Program-made: the position numbers and the translations under genes
Notes under the pieces: generated by a model
Database searches by the model: none
What the model was told of the DNA's origin: nothing
The model's input: the letters and a program-made list of their open reading frames with translations, nothing else
In this document: piece after piece, positions 62,581-64,000 of the stretch
How positions within the stretch are numbered: the stretch's first letter is position 1
How the letters are laid out: each line of letters opens with the position of its first letter
Source of the DNA: Podarcis muralis
Taxonomy: Eukaryota
Assembly (NCBI RefSeq): GCF_964188315.1
Contig: NC_135669.1
Location: 4,464,001 to 4,528,000 of the forward strand
DNA length: 64,000 bases
Reading direction: 5' to 3'

Positions 62581-63711
62581 GTTAAATGTCTCACTAAGGA
62601 TGAGGGATGAAATTGATGGATGTGCCCATTTTGGTTGCTCTCAGTCTCTCATTCTTTCCAATCTTAATTTCAGCTCTTCACATTTCCACATCAGTTTGCG
62701 ATTTATTTGTTTTCTAAGAAAAAGTCCTCATGGAAATTCATCAGCATTTTTGTGTACATTTTTCCTAATACACACATTTTGCAGGCAATTCTGCCTAATT
62801 TATGCATTTCTGCAAGCCAGTGCCCCAATACAATGCATGTATATGTGTCATTTTCATTAATATGTATATTTCTATGCAAACCTTCCCCTAATATATGCAT
62901 TTTCACCCACTTTTTTGGGAGGGGGGATGCTGAATGACTGCCTTGCAAAATTCATAGATGTGTGAATTTTTAAGGATAACTATTTCACTTTTGCATATTG
63001 TTCGCTTTTGCATGTTGCATATTGCAAAATAAAAGGTTCATAATGAAATGTGATCAAAACTGAATTTCTCACCCCGCCCCCACCCCTCCAAGATTTATGC
63101 AGCTGGTAAGTGGTGCACCTCTCAACAGCCAGGCTCAATGTTCTACCAGCACCTTATCTCATCTTTCCACTTCCGAAAGTCAGAATTCCCAAAAGTCACC
63201 TTCTTAGCCTGCAAGGTTCTTCTCACTTTCTGACAGATGAAAGCTCAGGTAGACATATTGTCCCTTTCAACCCCTGACTGATGCTCTCCGCTGGGCAAAT
63301 TAAAGCACAATGGTTCATCTTGTTTTATGATACGTATGATGAACCATATGTTGCCAAAAATAAACTGTCAGAGCGTGGAGGGGAAGAACAATAACACAAA
63401 ACGCAACAGGAGATGAGATTTTCTACAGAGAGGCCACCGTCAAAGTCAATTTAGGAGCAGGCAGAAAAATCTCCAGAAAGAAAAAGCCATCACCATAATC
63501 ACTTGGGGCCACACTCCAGCCAAATTTAAGCACCTTTAAATCTCTCTGTTCAGAACTCATCGCAGACAACCACCCAAAAAGTGGGTCTTTGCTGTTATCC
63601 TCATTTCTCCTTACACAGCTTCACGGGAGTAGGAGAAGTTGATCAGGACTTTGATGTCAAGGGAGAGGACACCTCACTGTGCCATATTCCTGATGTAAAT
63701 TTCCAAAGCTG

Positions 63712-63849
63712 NNNNNNNNNNNNNNNNNNNNNNNNNNNNNNNNNNNNNNNNNNNNNNNNNNNNNNNNNNNNNNNNNNNNNNNNNNNNNNNNNNNNNNNNN
63801 NNNNNNNNNNNNNNNNNNNNNNNNNNNNNNNNNNNNNNNNNNNNNNNNN
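63712..63849. other. Assembly gap (138 N)
   Basis: Run of N. Confidence 1.
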
Positions 63850-64000
63850 TCAAAAGAATGTACAAAAGCAAACTTTAATAATAAGATAAATAAGAGTGAA
63901 AACAATCTAAAATGCACCAATATGACATAGGTAAAAGAGAAGATCCAACTCAACCCTAACTCACCAAAAGATAAGTAGAAAATAAGTCCAAAGGCCTCAA

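Noticed and set aside
63581-63953. ORFs spanning the 3' end
   Set aside because: Artefacts of translating through the N gap.

Overview
This is AT-rich vertebrate genomic DNA, almost certainly from a squamate reptile and most likely a lacertid lizard (inferred from five Sauria SINE copies plus squamate-type L2, CR1, L1, RTE and Penelope-like elements and hAT/Tc1 MITEs). I found no intact protein-coding gene. The window reads as repeat-rich intronic or 5'-UTR territory. Two nearly transposon-free islands (about 12.6-17.8 kb and 60.4-61.5 kb) carry well-formed minus-strand splice sites, suggesting non-coding or 5'-UTR exons of a gene I cannot identify. The most unusual object is at 57.1-59.8 kb: an internally deleted RTE-X-like LINE whose ORF2 C-terminus is joined, through a 16-bp tandem duplication, to a cyclin D3 (CCND3) 5' leader, exon 1 and probable intron-1 fragment. 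That fragment shows systematic CpG decay but keeps an open frame and the LxCxE motif. Also notable are a perfect 117-bp-arm Penelope-like hairpin carrying a hammerhead-ribozyme-like core on both strands (11.2-11.5 kb), a second minimal Penelope hairpin insertion with a 13-bp TSD, and nested insertions whose order can be read from stacked TSDs. A 138-N assembly gap lies near the 3' end. Element family names come from motif recognition, not database searches, and boundaries without TSDs are approximate.
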